20,000 nt of DNA from Psammoneis japonica (Eukaryota), in contig QPGO01000119.1 of assembly GCA_008632985.1 (NCBI GenBank), forward strand, positions 246,294 through 266,293. The letters are read 5' to 3'. The position numbers and the translations under genes were made by a program. The notes beneath the pieces were generated by a model. That model did not search any database. It was not told the DNA's origin and saw only the letters and a list, made by a program, of their open reading frames with translations. Below are positions 17,620 to 20,000 of the stretch, piece by piece; positions within the stretch are counted from its first letter, which is position 1; the number at the start of each line of letters is the position of its first letter.

Positions 17620-20000
17620 CCTGCCCCTTCTGCTCCTGGTCCCCTCCTTCCATTGATGCATCATCTCTTCCTGCCACTGTGCGCAGCCATCTTCGCCAGG
17701 AGCATCCCCGCCTCTCCCTTTCTCATGCACCTGCGTCCTTCTTTGATGCCGCTGGTTTGCATGTCTGCAGGCATTGCAATCACAGCCAATGCACCTGCCT
17801 GTCTGCCACCCACCTCCGCAATCACTTGCAGAACAAGCACTTTGCTCCTCGCTCTTCCCTCAACACTGACATTGTTCTCTCGTCCTTCCATAATCTGGGT
17901 GACTGGGGCCCCTCGCCACAATGGCTCCATGCTCTTGCACTCGAGCCTCCGCCTTTCCGAGCTTCCTGTCGCCGCAAGCTCTCGTCCTCTGCCCGTGAGG
18001 AACTCCACTCCGCTCTTCATCATGTGACAAGCTGGGCACTGGCCGCCTCCCAGCCCCCATCTGACCCCTCCCATCTCATTCCTACGTGGCAACGTGACTC
18101 TGCTCCCTTCTGGAAGCTTCTCTTGCTCTTTGAAGCTCTCGTTCTTGCTCCTGTCCCGCCACGCTCCAAGTTTGGCCCTGCCATTGCCTCCCGCTTGTCC
18201 CTCTTCCGCCGTGGCTGCATTCGCCAACTCTGTCACGAAGCCTGCTCCCACACGCCGTGCCTCTCCTCATCTTCCCCTGACTTTTCTGCTTCCACCTGCT
18301 GCCATTCCGCTCAAGTCTGCGCCGACGAAGATGACTTTCACTCGGCCCACTCCAAGCTCACCTCTGCACTTCCTGTTGCTGCCGTTGCTCCTGAGCGCCT
18401 TCCTGCCATCCTCAAGCTCTGCCCTCCTCGCCTGCATCCCTCCGACCTGCCCAATCCTCCTTCAACTCGCTCGGCCTCCTCCCTTCATGACGAGCCCATT
18501 GAGCTCTCCTCCGACGCTCTTCTTTCTGCTCTCTCCAAATGCAAGCCTGGGACTGCTGCCGGTGTCTTTGCTGATTCCACTGACCTCTTCAAGTCCTGCG
18601 CCCTTTGTTCCACCAAAACCCCGACAGGAGTTGCTCAACGTCCCTGCTTGTCATCCTTCCGTGAGCTTGTCCTTCTCCTGCTCCATGGCTCCATTCCTCC
18701 CTCCGTCCATTCCTTGTTTGCTTCAAACTGCTTTGTCGCTCTGCACAAAGATGCTGGCGACCTCAACAAGCTTCGCCCCATTGGTGTCGGCACTGCTCTC
18801 CGTCGCATTGCCGGCTCCATCGTCATGACTCTCTTTGGTTCTGCATTTGCCGAATGCCTCCTCCCAGATGGCCAATTTGGCATTGGTGTCAAAGGTGGCC
18901 TCGATTGTCTCACTCACTCTGCTCTTGCCAACATCGAACGATGTCTTTCTTCTGCCGACTCTGCCAAGGTTCTTCTTCTTCTTGACCTTGCCAACATGTT
19001 CAACAAAGCATCCCGAGATGCCTGTCGACACGTTCTCACCTCCACCCCTGCCTTCCATCCTCTGCTTCCTTTTTTTGACCTTCCACACCAAAGTTCCAAT
19101 GCATGTTGGTGTCGCCGACCCGATTCTTCCTGGGGCTCCTTTCTTCAAGAAGAGGGATTTGCCCAAGGATGCCCTCTCGGCCCTGTCTTCGCCAGCCCAG
19201 TCCTCTCTCTGGTTCTTCGTCCAATCAACCAAGAGCTTCAAGAACGAATCCCTGGCCGTTCCTCTGTCTCAGTTGGCTCCTGCGTTGATGATGCTCATGC
19301 TTTCCTTCCCCATTCGGTGCTCCCATGGTTCCTTGAACGCTTCTCCGCCCTCGGCGCTCCCTGCGGGATCTCCCTCAACCTCCGTAAAACCAAGATCCTC
19401 GCCTCCATTGCCGGTGTTAGCCCCATCCCTGCTCTCCCCCCTTCCCGTGCCGATTCTCTCCGTGCTGCACTTTCCTTCTTAAACCCCACCAATGACCCCT
19501 CTTACAACCCCGAACTCACCTCTGGCGTTCGCTTCCTCGGACAGCCCCTCGGCTCCCGCGACTTCGCCACCTCCTTCCTTTCCGATGCTTCCTCTGCTCT
19601 CTCCGACAAAGTTGACATGCTTCTCACCCGTCTTCATGACAAACAAACCCAGGCTCAACTCTTCAAGCACTGTTTTGTTCTATCCTCTGCTCACCTCCTT
19701 GGGGCTGACTTCCACCACAACTTCGACCCCGACAATCCTCCCGACCCCTTTCTCTGGACCTCTCCATTTCAAGATTTCCTCCTCACCGTTGCTCACCGCT
19801 TTCTTCACTGCGTCACTTCCTACGCCACTCCTTTTCCTGACCATTCTATTGCCATCGCCTTCCTTCCTGCCTCCTCAGGCGGGTTTGGTCTCCGGGATCC
19901 AACAGCTGCTGCCATTCCTTCCTTCTTGGTGTCGCTTCTCCGCTCATTCCGCTTTGCTTTGCACGGTGTCAGCCTGCCATCTGGCGCTTCTGTTTCCCTT
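17589..20000 (+). pseudogene. ORF2: two C2H2 zinc fingers + reverse transcriptase; frame open to window end but catalytic motif altered
   Basis: Hand translation, 804 codons without a stop: CPFC..HLRQEH, CRHC..HLQNKH, KLRPIGVGTALRR, QFGIGVKGG, LLDLANMFN, GFAQGCPLGP, SCVDD (19278-19292), LNLRKTKI, GVRFLGQPLG, LPASSGGFGLRD. Confidence 0.92.

Larger units (their letters stand above)
15170..20000 (+). mobile_element. CRE-clade non-LTR retrotransposon, two-ORF type, continues beyond right edge
   Basis: Abrupt switch to a pyrimidine-rich plus strand near 15200; 5' repeats, ORF1, then zinc-finger + RT ORF2 with no N-terminal APE domain. 5' boundary approximate. Confidence 0.88.

Noticed and set aside
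15999..19670. Numerous alternative-frame and minus-strand ORFs in the CRE element
   Set aside because: Explained by loss of TAA/TAG and strand skew; no recognisable domains.
17589..20000. TpA loss as codon bias, UpA avoidance or an alternative genetic code
   Set aside because: Changes hit the catalytic YxDD and other conserved residues, give both Cys and His/Pro, affect all codon positions, and neighbouring host genes use Tyr normally.
1..20000. Flanking-base preference among surviving TpA (TTA/TAA protected)
   Set aside because: About half of ~35 survivors examined have that context, close to chance.

Overview
Eukaryotic nuclear DNA, most likely from a diatom. This is inferred from a DUF6824-type gene, a 79-nt GT-AG intron, and Ambal-like and CRE-like retroelements. 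Two unrelated non-LTR retrotransposons, each cut by a window edge, flank about six ordinary host genes. The left element is Ambal/LINE-like (minus strand, ~1-2790: ORF1 plus the APE-endonuclease start of ORF2). The right element is CRE-clade (plus strand, ~15170-20000: ORF1 plus zinc-finger/reverse-transcriptase ORF2, which the ORF track omits). The standout signal is that the interiors of both elements are almost stripped of TpA dinucleotides, with none at all in 18085-19384 by hand count. Host genes and the elements' own 5' edges keep normal TpA levels. Conserved Tyr/Leu codons appear converted by TA->TG and TA->CA, including the RT catalytic YxDD, which reads CVDD. This looks like a repeat-targeted, double-stranded A:T->G:C hypermutation process: RIP-like, but acting on adenine at TpA. 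I do not know a published description of it and cannot search. All counts are by hand and approximate.
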